From contig JADFGZ010000002.1 of assembly GCA_022567475.1 (NCBI GenBank), forward strand, positions 1 to 43,905: a stretch of 43,905 bases of DNA. Direction: 5' to 3'. The notes beneath the pieces are model-generated. The model worked only from the letters and a program-made list of their open reading frames with translations. It was not told the origin of the DNA and ran no database searches. The stretch is from Acidobacteriota bacterium (GTDB taxonomy: Bacteria; Acidobacteriota; Terriglobia; 2-12-FULL-54-10). This document shows, one piece after another, positions 17,402 through 27,351 of this stretch. The position numbers were made by a program, and so were the translations under genes. How positions within the stretch are numbered: position 1 is the stretch's first letter; every line of letters starts with the position of its first letter.

Positions 17402-18655
17402 ATGAATAGAGAGGAAAGCTTGGGTTTTGAATTTTTTGTGGCCCTGCGCTACCTCCGCGCCAGGCGGAAGATTGCGGTCATTTCCGTAATCACCGCAGTC
17501 TCCATGCTGGGCATCGCCGCCGGGGTCATGTCCCTGGTGGTCGCGCTGGCCGTCACCAACGGGCTGCGGCAAGAATGGCAGGGACGGCTGCTGGGCGCCA
17601 CCGCCCATGTGAGCCTGCAAAGGGTCGAGGGCAACGGAATCCGCCAGTGGCGGCCGCTGCTGCAGAAGCTTTCCGGCACGCCCGGGGTGGTGGCTTCCGC
17701 TCCGGCCTTGTACGGAACGGTGCTGGCATCGCGGGCCAACCGCTCCAGCCAGATGATCTTGAAAGGAGTGGACCCGGAGGTGGAGTCGCAAGTGGGCACT
17801 CTGTTAGGCAGCGTCCGGGAAGGATCGGCGGAGGCGTTGAACGCTCCGGCGGAGCCCGGCAGTCAGCCGCCTGTGGTGATTGGAAAACGCATGGCGGACT
17901 CGCTCGGCGCTTCCCCCGGGGACAGCATCTTGCTGACCAGCCCGCAGGGGCACCTGACGCCCTTCGGCATGGTTCCACGGTACCGTCACTTTGAAGTTGT
18001 GGGAGTGTTCGATTCCGGCTTCTATGAATTTGACTCCAGTTGGGCTTTCACCAACCTAAAGGAGGCTCAGCAAGTGCTGGGGCTGGACGATGTGATCTCG
18101 GTGATGGAGTTCAAAATCGCGGATATTTATCAGGCTCCGGCGGTGGCGGAAACGCTTCGGCGCATGGCCGGCAACGGGTTTTTCGGCAGCCACTGGATGG
18201 AGCAAAACCGGGCCCTGTTCAGCGCCTTGAAGCTGGAGAAAACCGTGGCGGTCATCGTCATCGGATTGATTGTCTTCGTGGCGGCTTTGAACATCCTGAT
18301 CGCTTTGGTGATGATGGTGATGGAAAAATACCGGGACATCGCCATCCTGGTTTCCATGGGCGCGCAACGGAAGCAGATTCGCAATATCTTTCTGCTCCAG
18401 GGCATGATGATCGGCGCGGCCGGAACCGCGCTGGGTTTGGCCGGGGGGTATCTGCTCTCCTGGCTGGGCAGCCGCTATCATCTGATCCCGCTCGACCCGA
18501 ATATCTATGACATCAGTTACCTGCCTTTCGATGCTAGAATCGTGGACGGAGTTTGGGTGGCGGGGGTGGCCCTGTTGATCAGCTTTTTGGCCACGCTCTA
18601 CCCGGCGCGCAACGCCACTTCCATCGCTCCGGCGGAGGCTCTGCGTTATGAATGA
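17402..18655 (+). CDS. lolE: Lipoprotein-releasing ABC transporter permease (LolC/E family)
   Basis: FVALRYL, VGVFDSGFYEFD, DIAILVSMGA, ATLYPA and AEALRYE. Confidence 0.9.
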   Translation: MNREESLGFEFFVALRYLRARRKIAVISVITAVSMLGIAAGVMSLVVALAVTNGLRQEWQGRLLGATAHVSLQRVEGNGIRQWRPLLQKLSGTPGVVASAPALYGTVLASRANRSSQMILKGVDPEVESQVGTLLGSVREGSAEALNAPAEPGSQPPVVIGKRMADSLGASPGDSILLTSPQGHLTPFGMVPRYRHFEVVGVFDSGFYEFDSSWAFTNLKEAQQVLGLDDVISVMEFKIADIYQAPAVAETLRRMAGNGFFGSHWMEQNRALFSALKLEKTVAVIVIGLIVFVAALNILIALVMMVMEKYRDIAILVSMGAQRKQIRNIFLLQGMMIGAAGTALGLAGGYLLSWLGSRYHLIPLDPNIYDISYLPFDARIVDGVWVAGVALLISFLATLYPARNATSIAPAEALRYE

Positions 18656-18748
18656 TTTCGTCCTTGCCCTCGCCGGATGGAATTCTTCGCAGCGCTCCGC
18701 AGATGCCGAGGCTGGAATGCAAGACGGGAAAATGGATCGGGTGGAGGC

Positions 18749-19519
18749 ATGACCCGGACCCGGCAGAAAGGCGGAAACGTTTCCACGGGAACCGGCATCC
18801 AAGAAGTTGAGCAAACTGCGAAATTGAGCACACTGTTACGAGCCGAAAACCTGACGAAAGCGTTCCGCTCCGGAAAGTCGGATTTGATGGTTTTGGAGAA
18901 CCTGCAGTTGGAGGTAGAGGCCGGCGAAATGGTGGCCATCGTAGGAGAGTCCGGCAGCGGAAAAAGCACGCTGCTGCACATCCTGGGCGCGCTGGACAAG
19001 CCATCTGCCGGTGAGGTATACTTCGATGGAAAGCAGTACTCGGAGCTTTCCGAGAACGAATTGGGAAGCTTGCGAAACCACAATTTTGGTTTCGTATGGC
19101 AGTTGCGCTCCCTGCTGCTGGAGTTCACGGCGCGCGAAAACGTCGCCATGCCGTTGCGGATTCGGGGCGTGGAGAGCAAAGAGGCTGCGGAACGCGCTGA
19201 AGGATGGCTGGAACGCGTGGGTTTGAAAGACCGGGCAACCCACCGTGCCGGAGAGCTTTCCGGAGGCGAGCAGCAACGCGCCGTTTTAGCCCGGGCGCTG
19301 GTGGGTGAGCCGAAAGTGCTGATGGCCGACGAACCGACCGGCAACCTGGATGCAAGAACCGGTGAAATGACCATGCAATTACTGGGAAGCTTGCATCAGG
19401 AATTCCATATGACGACGGTGCTGGTCACGCACAACATGGGCTTTGCCCGGCGTTGTGACCGGGTGTTGAGGCTGGAAAACGGCAGGCTGGAAGCCGTTTC
19501 CTTTTCCGAAACGATCTGA
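18749..19519 (+). CDS. lolD: Lipoprotein-releasing ABC transporter ATP-binding protein
   Basis: GESGSGKST, LSGGEQQR and ADEPTGNLD; follows lolE; start uncertain. Confidence 0.88.
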   Translation: MTRTRQKGGNVSTGTGIQEVEQTAKLSTLLRAENLTKAFRSGKSDLMVLENLQLEVEAGEMVAIVGESGSGKSTLLHILGALDKPSAGEVYFDGKQYSELSENELGSLRNHNFGFVWQLRSLLLEFTARENVAMPLRIRGVESKEAAERAEGWLERVGLKDRATHRAGELSGGEQQRAVLARALVGEPKVLMADEPTGNLDARTGEMTMQLLGSLHQEFHMTTVLVTHNMGFARRCDRVLRLENGRLEAVSFSETI

Positions 19520-19564
19520 TCCCCCGGCCAGCCTCGGAACGGCTGGCACAGTAGGAAAGGTCAC

Positions 19565-22009
19565 ATGTTCGAACGGTACACGGAAAAAGCCAGACGCGTA
19601 ATATTTTTTGCCCGCTACGAGGCCAGCCAGTTCGGCAGCCCGTACATCGAGTCCGAGCACCTGCTTCTGGGCCTGTTGCGCGAGGACAAGTCGCTGACCA
19701 ACCGGTTCCTGCGCTCTCACGCTTCCATCGAATCCATCCGCAAACAGATCGAGGGACACACCACCATCCGGGAAAAGGTTTCCACCTCCGTGGACCTTCC
19801 CCTGAGCCATGAGAGCAAGCGGATTCTGGCATACGCCGCCGAAGAAGCCGAGCGGCTTTCCCACCGCCACATCGGCACCGAGCATCTGCTGCTCGGCCTG
19901 CTGCGCGAAGAGAAATGCTTCGCAGCCGAGATATTGCGCGAGCGCGGCTTGCGCCTTTCCACCATCCGGGAGGAACTGGTCCGCTCGCAGTCGGAGAAAG
20001 TTTCCACCTCGCGTCCCAAAGAAAGCTCCTTGCTGGCCGAGTTCAGCCGTGACCTGACGCAGGCCGCGATGGACAACGTTCTGGATCCGCTCGTCGGCCG
20101 GGAGAATGAGCTGGAGCGGATGGTTCAGATTTTGTGCCGCCGCACCAAGAACAACCCCGTGCTGATCGGCGAGCCCGGAGTGGGAAAGACCGCCATTGTG
20201 GAAGGGCTGGCGCAGCGGATTGCCGACGGCGAGGTGCCTTCGTTCCTTGCCGAAAAGCGCATCCTGGCGCTCGACCTCTCCTTGATTGTGGCCGGCACAA
20301 AATACCGGGGGCAGTTCGAAGAGCGGTTGAAGACCATCATGAAGGAGTTGATGGAGAACGCCAACGCCATCATCTTCATCGACGAATTGCACACGCTGGT
20401 GGGCGCAGGCTCCGCCGAGGGGTCGCTCGACGCCGCCAATATCCTGAAGCCTGCCCTCTCGCGGGGCGAAATTCAGTGCATCGGCGCCACCACACCGGCC
20501 GAGTTCCGCAAATCCATCGAAAAAGACCGCTCTCTCGAGCGGCGATTCCAGACGATTAAAGTCCCGCCGCCGACCGAAGAGGAAGCCGTCACCATCCTGT
20601 TTGGCATCAAGGACCGCTACGAAAAATTCCACGCGGTCACTTATACCGACGAGGCTCTGCACGCCTCCGTTTACAACTCCAACCGGTACATCCCGGACCG
20701 CTTCCTGCCGGATAAGGCCATCGACCTGATTGACGAGGCCGGAGCGAGGGTGAAGCTGCGCCAAACCACTCTGCCGGATGAGCTGGTCGACATTCAGAAG
20801 CGCATCAAGTTCATTGTCCACCGGATGGAGAACGCCATCGCCAGCCACGAATTTGAGAAGGCGCGTTTTTACAGCGATGAAGAGCGCAAGGAACGGGAAA
20901 ACCTGCGGGCCCTGCGCGAGAAATACCAACTGGATGAATCCTCCAGCGGCACCGTGGGCAAAGAGGATATCGAGGACGTGGTAGCCCGGTGGACGGGAAT
21001 CCCGGTCACCGCCCTCAAGGAAGAGGAGTTGACCAAGCTGCTGCGCATTGAGGAGGAACTCCACAAGCGCGTCATCAGCCAGGAAAAGGCGATCTCGGCG
21101 CTGGCCCGCGCGGTCCGGCGTGCCCGCGCCGGTTTGAAGAATCCGGCGCGCCCGGTCGGCTCGTTCCTGTTTCTGGGTCCGACCGGCGTGGGAAAAACAG
21201 AGGTCGCACGGTCTCTGGCCAAATTCCTCTTCGGAACCGAAAAGGCTTTGATCCGCTTCGACATGTCCGAGTACATGGAAAAGCACGCCGTCTCCAAGCT
21301 GATCGGGTCTCCTCCGGGATACATCGGCTACGAGGAAGGCGGCCAGTTAACGGAACGGGTGAAGCGCACCCCGTATTCCATCATCCTGCTGGATGAAATC
21401 GAGAAGGCTCATCCGGATATTTACAGCATCCTGTTGCAGGTTTACGAGGACGGCCAGCTCACCGACGGGCTGGGCAACACGGTGGATTTCAAGAACACGA
21501 TTATCATCATGACCTCCAATATCGGCGCCCGCTTCCTGGAAAAGCGGAGCCAGATGGGCTTCCAGCCGCCGTCTCCGGAAAGCATGTCGGCCCAGATGGA
21601 GGAGTTGGTGCGGGCCGAAGTCAAACGGGTCTTCAATCCGGAATTCCTCAACCGCCTGGACGAGATCATTCTGTTCAGTTCCTTGACGGATGAGGACCTG
21701 ATCCAGGTGATTCAGTTGATGGTGAGCCAGATCAATGAAAGCCTGGCTAACAAAGAGATCAGCATCACGCTTTCCCCGCAGGCTGAGCGGTGGATTCTGG
21801 AAAAGACCTGCCAGGACCGCTCCTACGGGGCAAGACCCCTGCGGCGCGCCCTGCAAAGGTACATTGAAGATCCACTGTCGGAAGCGTTGATTCAGGGTGT
21901 CCTCACGCGCCCGGCTTTCCTGGAAATCTTTCTGGAAGGCGAAGGGCTTTACTACCGTCCCGTGGACAGCACCGCGGAGCCTACACCCCTGTTCGTGACA
22001 CAGGTTTGA
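19565..22009 (+). CDS. clpC: ATP-dependent Clp protease ATP-binding subunit (ClpC type)
   Basis: Two Clp_N repeats (EHLLLGLL), Walker A motifs GEPGVGKT and GPTGVGKT, short UVR-like middle domain. Confidence 0.93.
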   Translation: MFERYTEKARRVIFFARYEASQFGSPYIESEHLLLGLLREDKSLTNRFLRSHASIESIRKQIEGHTTIREKVSTSVDLPLSHESKRILAYAAEEAERLSHRHIGTEHLLLGLLREEKCFAAEILRERGLRLSTIREELVRSQSEKVSTSRPKESSLLAEFSRDLTQAAMDNVLDPLVGRENELERMVQILCRRTKNNPVLIGEPGVGKTAIVEGLAQRIADGEVPSFLAEKRILALDLSLIVAGTKYRGQFEERLKTIMKELMENANAIIFIDELHTLVGAGSAEGSLDAANILKPALSRGEIQCIGATTPAEFRKSIEKDRSLERRFQTIKVPPPTEEEAVTILFGIKDRYEKFHAVTYTDEALHASVYNSNRYIPDRFLPDKAIDLIDEAGARVKLRQTTLPDELVDIQKRIKFIVHRMENAIASHEFEKARFYSDEERKERENLRALREKYQLDESSSGTVGKEDIEDVVARWTGIPVTALKEEELTKLLRIEEELHKRVISQEKAISALARAVRRARAGLKNPARPVGSFLFLGPTGVGKTEVARSLAKFLFGTEKALIRFDMSEYMEKHAVSKLIGSPPGYIGYEEGGQLTERVKRTPYSIILLDEIEKAHPDIYSILLQVYEDGQLTDGLGNTVDFKNTIIIMTSNIGARFLEKRSQMGFQPPSPESMSAQMEELVRAEVKRVFNPEFLNRLDEIILFSSLTDEDLIQVIQLMVSQINESLANKEISITLSPQAERWILEKTCQDRSYGARPLRRALQRYIEDPLSEALIQGVLTRPAFLEIFLEGEGLYYRPVDSTAEPTPLFVTQV

Positions 22010-22267
22010 GGCGACAACGCCGGATCAGCGGCCTGGACCGGAGGCCCGGACCGGTAGTCCGAACGGTGGCATGTTGTCGCGGCCTTTTCTTTCCTTCCAA
22101 GTTTTGCTATAAAAGCATAGGGAGATATGCTTGATCCCCGCAACCAAATGGTGGAGTGGGGGTTTATTTTATAGGAATGGCAGGGGTCCATTACGCCCAG
22201 GGCAGGCGGTGATTTTTTTTCGCTGACGGGTTCCCTGCGGCGGGCTACTGGCATCTTATCTTTTGTT

Positions 22268-25096
22268 ATGAACCGGTTCTTCCCCCATCGGCAATGGCTG
22301 CTTTCGCGGGCTGTCCTGTTTTTGATTCTGCTGCTGAGTCTCCAGGCCGGCGGTGCCCTGGCCCAGACTGAATCCGGAGAAGTGATTGAGGACGTTCTCT
22401 TCCGGGGCAACCGGCGTGTGCCCACCGCCACGATGCGCGTCCGCATCTTCACCAAACCCGGCGATCCCTACAATGTCAACGCTCTCCGCCGGGACTTCAT
22501 GGCTTTGTACAACACCGGTTTTTTTGACGACATCGTGCTCCGGGTCGAGGACGGGGCCGAGGGAAAGATCGTCATCTTCGAGGTCACGGAGAAACCCATG
22601 ATCCGCAGCATCGAATACAAGGGCAACAACTCCGTGACGCACTCGGACATCCTGGACCGTTTCAAAGAACGGAGGGTCGGGCTGACCGTAGAGAGCCGCT
22701 TTGACCCCACCCGCATCAAGCGCGCCGAAGTTGTCCTGAAACAACTGCTGGCGGAACGAGGCCGCCAGTACGCCACCGTCACAGTCGATACGAAAACCAT
22801 TCCGCCTTCCTCGGTGGCTTTGACGTTCACCATCGACGAAGGGCCCAAGGTGAAAATCGGCAGGATCGATTTTGAGGGCAATACGGTGCTTTCCCGCCGG
22901 AAGCTGGTCCGCGCCATGAGGAACTCCCGGCCCATCGGAATTCCCCACAGCTTCATCCTGGAAAGCCTGTTCAGCAAAACATACGACCGGAACAAGCTGG
23001 ATGAGGATATGGAAGGGCTGCGGGCGGCCTATCAAAACGAAGGCTACTTCCGGGTTCTGGTCAACGATCCGATGGTGGAAACCCGTGAAACGCCGGCAAA
23101 ACGGGGCGTGCCCATCCCCGTTCTCAACATGCTGCCGATTCCGGGCATCAAGCGAAGCAAACCAGGACGCAAGGTGGATATCACCGTTCCGCTGGTCGAG
23201 GGAGAGCGCTACACGCTGGGAGAGATGACCTTCGAGGGCGTGGAAGTGTTCACCCAACCGGAGAGGGTGCTCCGCCCGATGTTCACCATGGAACAAGGGG
23301 ATATGTTTGACGTTTCCAAAATTCGCGAAGGCCTGGAAAGCATGCGCAAGCTCTACGGGGAGTTCGGTTACATCAACTTCGTGGCCAGTCCCGAAACTTT
23401 GATTGATGACGTGAACCGCGAGATTGACATGGTGTTCAACGTCGAGGAGGACAAGCAATTCCTGGTGCGCCGGATCGACTTTACGGGAAACACCACCACC
23501 CGCGACAAGGTCATCCGGAGGGAATTGATGCTGACCGAAGGTTCCATGTTCAACAGCCGTCTGTGGGAGCTGAGCCTTTTGCGGCTGAATCAGCTGGACT
23601 ACTTTGAAAAGCTGGAGCCGGCCGATTCGGACGTGCAGCCCGACAACCGCACCGGAACCGTGGACCTTCACCTGGCCGTCAAGGAGAAGGGAAAGAACGC
23701 CATCGGTTTTACCGGAGGCGTGAGCGGGCTGTCGGGAAGCTTTGTGGGTTTCAGCTACCAGACCAACAACTTTATGGGGCTGGGTGAAACCCTTACTTTT
23801 AACGCGCAGTTTGGCAGCTTGGAGCGCAATCTGCTGCTGGGGCTCACCCACCCCTATGCATTCGACCGTCCTCTCCAGGTCGGCTTCACGCTATTCTCCC
23901 GCCGCTTTAACTTCGACGAAGCCCAGCAGGCGTCTATCTTCTCCGGCCAGGACGTACGGCCCATCTTTGCCTTGCTGGGGAACGATAACATCCAGAGGTA
24001 TCGCCAGACCAGCGTCGGCTTCACCTCCTTCGCCAGCTATCCGCTGCGCAACCGTTTTTCCCGCGTGGGACTGACCTACAGCTACGACTCCAGCAGCATC
24101 ACCACCTTCAGCGAGGCTTCCCGGCGGCTGTTTGAGGATATCAACTTCAATGGAATAGGCGGGGCCAATTCGTTGGAGGGGATTCGCACCAGCAAAATTA
24201 TCCCCACCTTTACCTACAACACGGTCGATCACCCGATAACCCCGTCGCGCGGCAAGAGTTTCTTTGCCAGCCTGGAGCTGGCGGGACTCGGCGGCAACGT
24301 CCGCACGTACCGGCCTACCGTCGACTTCAAATGGTTTCGTCCCATGTCGGAGGGATTCCGGCCACGGGTCTTCGCCATGCACCTGCTCGGTTCCACTATG
24401 AGCGGTTATGGAGGGCGCGTGCTTCCGCCCTTTACGCGCTTCTATACCGGCGGGGAAACCGACATTCGCGGCTTTGACTTTTTTACGATCAGCCCGGTCG
24501 CCTTCATTCCCGACATCGCCGCAGTGCCTGTCCTCAACACCGATGGCACGCCACGAACCACCACCAGCTTGGATCAACTGGGCCTGGAAAACCAGGCGAC
24601 GCAAACCATGCTGGTCCCCGTGAACCGGACGACCTTCCCCGGCGGCGACACCAAACTCGTTGCGAACTTCGAGTACCGCATCCCGTTGTTCGGCCCGGTC
24701 TCGCTGGCTCCCTTTCTGGACGCTGGCTATAACATCGCCTGGAGGCGGTCGCAATTGTCGCTGACCGACCGGCGACTGGCAGAACTGCAAAGCCAGTTCC
24801 CCAGCACCGATTTCAAACAACGATTGGACCTGGCGGCGGACACCAACAATCAGTTGAGAGCCTCGACGGGGATCGAACTGCAGGTGATCCTGCCGGTTGT
24901 GAACGCCCCCTTCCGAATCTACTGGGCCCGCAATATATCCCGGCTCACAACGTTTATATTCCCCACGCCCCTGGTGGAGCGCGCCTTCTTCCCCAATGAA
25001 GCCAGCTTCACCAACGCTGTGAACGCTTTCGGCACGCCGCTTCCTTTTAACGAACCTAAAAGCACCTTCCGCTTTACCGTCGGCCGCACCTTCTAG
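22268..25096 (+). CDS. bamA: Outer membrane protein assembly factor BamA
   Basis: Signal peptide, POTRA repeats (GNTTTRDKVIRRE), NFMGLGE, IRGF loop motif and C-terminal Phe. Confidence 0.95.
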   Translation: MNRFFPHRQWLLSRAVLFLILLLSLQAGGALAQTESGEVIEDVLFRGNRRVPTATMRVRIFTKPGDPYNVNALRRDFMALYNTGFFDDIVLRVEDGAEGKIVIFEVTEKPMIRSIEYKGNNSVTHSDILDRFKERRVGLTVESRFDPTRIKRAEVVLKQLLAERGRQYATVTVDTKTIPPSSVALTFTIDEGPKVKIGRIDFEGNTVLSRRKLVRAMRNSRPIGIPHSFILESLFSKTYDRNKLDEDMEGLRAAYQNEGYFRVLVNDPMVETRETPAKRGVPIPVLNMLPIPGIKRSKPGRKVDITVPLVEGERYTLGEMTFEGVEVFTQPERVLRPMFTMEQGDMFDVSKIREGLESMRKLYGEFGYINFVASPETLIDDVNREIDMVFNVEEDKQFLVRRIDFTGNTTTRDKVIRRELMLTEGSMFNSRLWELSLLRLNQLDYFEKLEPADSDVQPDNRTGTVDLHLAVKEKGKNAIGFTGGVSGLSGSFVGFSYQTNNFMGLGETLTFNAQFGSLERNLLLGLTHPYAFDRPLQVGFTLFSRRFNFDEAQQASIFSGQDVRPIFALLGNDNIQRYRQTSVGFTSFASYPLRNRFSRVGLTYSYDSSSITTFSEASRRLFEDINFNGIGGANSLEGIRTSKIIPTFTYNTVDHPITPSRGKSFFASLELAGLGGNVRTYRPTVDFKWFRPMSEGFRPRVFAMHLLGSTMSGYGGRVLPPFTRFYTGGETDIRGFDFFTISPVAFIPDIAAVPVLNTDGTPRTTTSLDQLGLENQATQTMLVPVNRTTFPGGDTKLVANFEYRIPLFGPVSLAPFLDAGYNIAWRRSQLSLTDRRLAELQSQFPSTDFKQRLDLAADTNNQLRASTGIELQVILPVVNAPFRIYWARNISRLTTFIFPTPLVERAFFPNEASFTNAVNAFGTPLPFNEPKSTFRFTVGRTF

Positions 25097-25154
25097 ATCG
25101 TTTTCAGGGTTGGTGTAAAGATAGGTTGTTGGTGAATCCATCCGAGCCGCGAGA

Positions 25155-25275
25155 GCCTGCCCCGAGCCAAGTCGAGGGGTGAGGGAGCGGACAATCCAGC
25201 CTTGCTTGCCCGCTTGGGGTTTGGTGTCCGCTTGCTGATCCCTCGGCTTTTCCCTCGGCTTCGCTCGGGACAGGC
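25155..25275. repeat. REP-like inverted repeat pair forming a long hairpin between convergent genes
   Basis: GCCTGCCCCGAGCCAAGTCGAGGG (25155-25178) vs CCCTCGGCTTCGCTCGGGACAGGC (25252-25275), 21/24 inverted match; inner pair AGCGGACA/TGTCCGCT. Confidence 0.7.
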
Positions 25276-25290
25276 GCGCGCGGCCCTAGA

Positions 25291-26298
25291 CTATACAGCG
25301 CTATGACGTTGCTTCTGGCTGGATTGGTTTGGTCCGTTGGCCGCCGTCTGAATCTGCACCAGACCCTTGGCAATCGTATGTTGGACACCCTCGGGCAGGT
25401 CCTGTTGCCGGTGAGGGGAACAGGAAAGATCCGCGTAGTCATCTCCCACGGGACAGACCTCCATGCAGCGCATGCAACCCGTAAAAGCCCCCTGCCGCAA
25501 GATGGCCATGTTATGCCAAATCTTGCGGGTGGTGGAGCTGAAGATTTTTCCTTGCAGTTGCTCGGCGGTCTGGGACTGCAACAGCGCTTTGAGATGCTCC
25601 ACATAGAAAAAAACTCCGGCAGGCTGTGAGCTGCGGGCGCAGGCGCGTCTATCGAGTCCCCGGTATTGCGAGAGCGGCGCACCCTGGAGGGCCTCGCGTG
25701 GAATAGCTTGCTCCGGACAGATCGCAGCACAGCGCCCGCATTCTTCCAGACCCGGGCAAAGCTCTTCTTTTACCGGTTCATCTGCCAGTTCATTCAGCAG
25801 GTCATCCGTTCCGGGCTTCCAGTCGGTCATCATCCCGGCCAGGAAAACGCGCGGGCCGAACTGCGGCGTCAAAAGCATCTGGTTGAGCCCGAGCGTGCCC
25901 AGTCCCGCCTCCACCGCAGCCAGCCGTAAAAAAGTGGAGCTCTGGCCGGCCGGCGTGTTGTCCTCCGGGAAAGTGGTTTTGAAGTCCAACAGCAGGGAAG
26001 GAACCGTCACCGCCAGGTAGTCCGCTCCCTCCAGCCAATAGCCCAACTCGCCCACGGCTTCCTCCAGGCTGCGATGAATGAGTCCCGCATTCTGTTGCTG
26101 GTGGATGGTGCGCGACCGCGCGCCCGCAACACCTCGGGGAATTTTCTTGCCGAAAACCAGAAACGTATCCAGGAACTCGCTCATGCGCGAAGGCCGCATC
26201 TGCGCCGGCAGCTTGTGATCGAGCCTTTGGCGGGTGGTGACCCCGGTCAAATCAATCCCCAGCTCCCGGGCCTTCGTGACCAGCTCCTGCCGCTCCAC
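25291..26298 (-). CDS. QueG/RdhA-like cobalamin- and 2x[4Fe-4S]-dependent reductase, paralog 3
   Basis: AAVEAGLGTLG...TPQFGPRVFL...TD; CPGLEECGRCAAICP; C-X54-CMRCMEVCP. Confidence 0.8.
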   Translation of the reverse strand: MERQELVTKARELGIDLTGVTTRQRLDHKLPAQMRPSRMSEFLDTFLVFGKKIPRGVAGARSRTIHQQQNAGLIHRSLEEAVGELGYWLEGADYLAVTVPSLLLDFKTTFPEDNTPAGQSSTFLRLAAVEAGLGTLGLNQMLLTPQFGPRVFLAGMMTDWKPGTDDLLNELADEPVKEELCPGLEECGRCAAICPEQAIPREALQGAPLSQYRGLDRRACARSSQPAGVFFYVEHLKALLQSQTAEQLQGKIFSSTTRKIWHNMAILRQGAFTGCMRCMEVCPVGDDYADLSCSPHRQQDLPEGVQHTIAKGLVQIQTAANGPNQSSQKQRHSAV

Positions 26299-26301
26299 GC
26301 G

Positions 26302-27333
26302 TTACTCCTTTCCCGGCTGGGGGACCGGTTTCTGGCGGGTTGCTGAAAACTCCAGCACGTCCACAAAATCCTTGTCCCGTTCGTAATTCGATTGGCGCTC
26401 GGCGGGCGGGCCCAGGTAGATCATCGTGACCAGCTTCTCCGTGAACTTCCGGCGTATTTGTCCCGGAGGAATGTCAAACTTTCGGTACGGAATTTTGATG
26501 ATCTTGCGAAAGTCCTTTGCGCCCGGCGGGCAGACGTAAAAACACTCGAAGCAAGCGGCGAAGGCGCCCTCCTTGTTGTTGACCGACTGCCAGAAGTCTT
26601 GCCAATACGTGTTGGCCATCATCTTCTCGATCTCCACCGGCGGATCAGCCTTGATGAGCTTCTCGATGTTCAGATAGAGCGGCTTGATCCCGATGCGTTC
26701 CGCTCCCGAGGCGCAATTGCGCTTGTTGAGGTTGCGGTATTCGGTGATGTGCGCGCCGCGCCGGGCTTCCAGCGGGATAGCCTGGGTGGGACAGATCACG
26801 GCACAGCGGCCGCAACTCATCCCCGGACAGAGATGCTTGTCGGGCGGCAACGGCGAATCAGGCGGCAACTCCAGATCGGTCATCACCACCCCGATGTAAA
26901 CCCGCGGACCGTAATCGGGGGTCAAGAAATTCAACTCCAAACCCACCGTCCCAATCCCGGCCTGTTCGGCCACCCACTTGAAGTCGAGCGGCCCGGCAGG
27001 GCTTCGTTGCAACTCCATATCGGCCGACTCCGGCGGAATGGGAATCCCCACATATCCCCGGCTCTCCAGCCACTCCACCAGGTCAAACGAAATCCGTTCG
27101 ATGTGGTCGATGGCCAGGTGGGAATTCATGGATTGCAAGGGCAGGTCCCGCGTGGCAAACGATCCGGTCAGCATGTGCTTGACAAAAACCAGCAGGCTGC
27201 CCATGCCTTCGCAAACCATAGAAGGTTTCTGGAGGTTCGGCACCAACTTCTCATAGGCTTCCGCCGAAACCACTCCCAGCGAATCCGCGCCGATTGCAGC
27301 GGCATACTGTTTCAATTCTTCCTTGAGTTCCAC
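26302..27333 (-). CDS. QueG/RdhA-like cobalamin- and 2x[4Fe-4S]-dependent reductase, paralog 2
   Basis: KWVAEQAGIGTVG...TPDYGPRVYI...TD; CPGMSCGRCAVICP; C-X53-CFECFYVCP. Confidence 0.8.
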   Translation of the reverse strand: MELKEELKQYAAAIGADSLGVVSAEAYEKLVPNLQKPSMVCEGMGSLLVFVKHMLTGSFATRDLPLQSMNSHLAIDHIERISFDLVEWLESRGYVGIPIPPESADMELQRSPAGPLDFKWVAEQAGIGTVGLELNFLTPDYGPRVYIGVVMTDLELPPDSPLPPDKHLCPGMSCGRCAVICPTQAIPLEARRGAHITEYRNLNKRNCASGAERIGIKPLYLNIEKLIKADPPVEIEKMMANTYWQDFWQSVNNKEGAFAACFECFYVCPPGAKDFRKIIKIPYRKFDIPPGQIRRKFTEKLVTMIYLGPPAERQSNYERDKDFVDVLEFSATRQKPVPQPGKE

Positions 27334-27351
27334 TGAGTTCCCTTCCCCGCG

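Noticed and set aside
22067-22082. sigma54 site upstream of bamA (TGGCATGTTGTCGC)
   Set aside because: GG-to-GC spacing is off by one base
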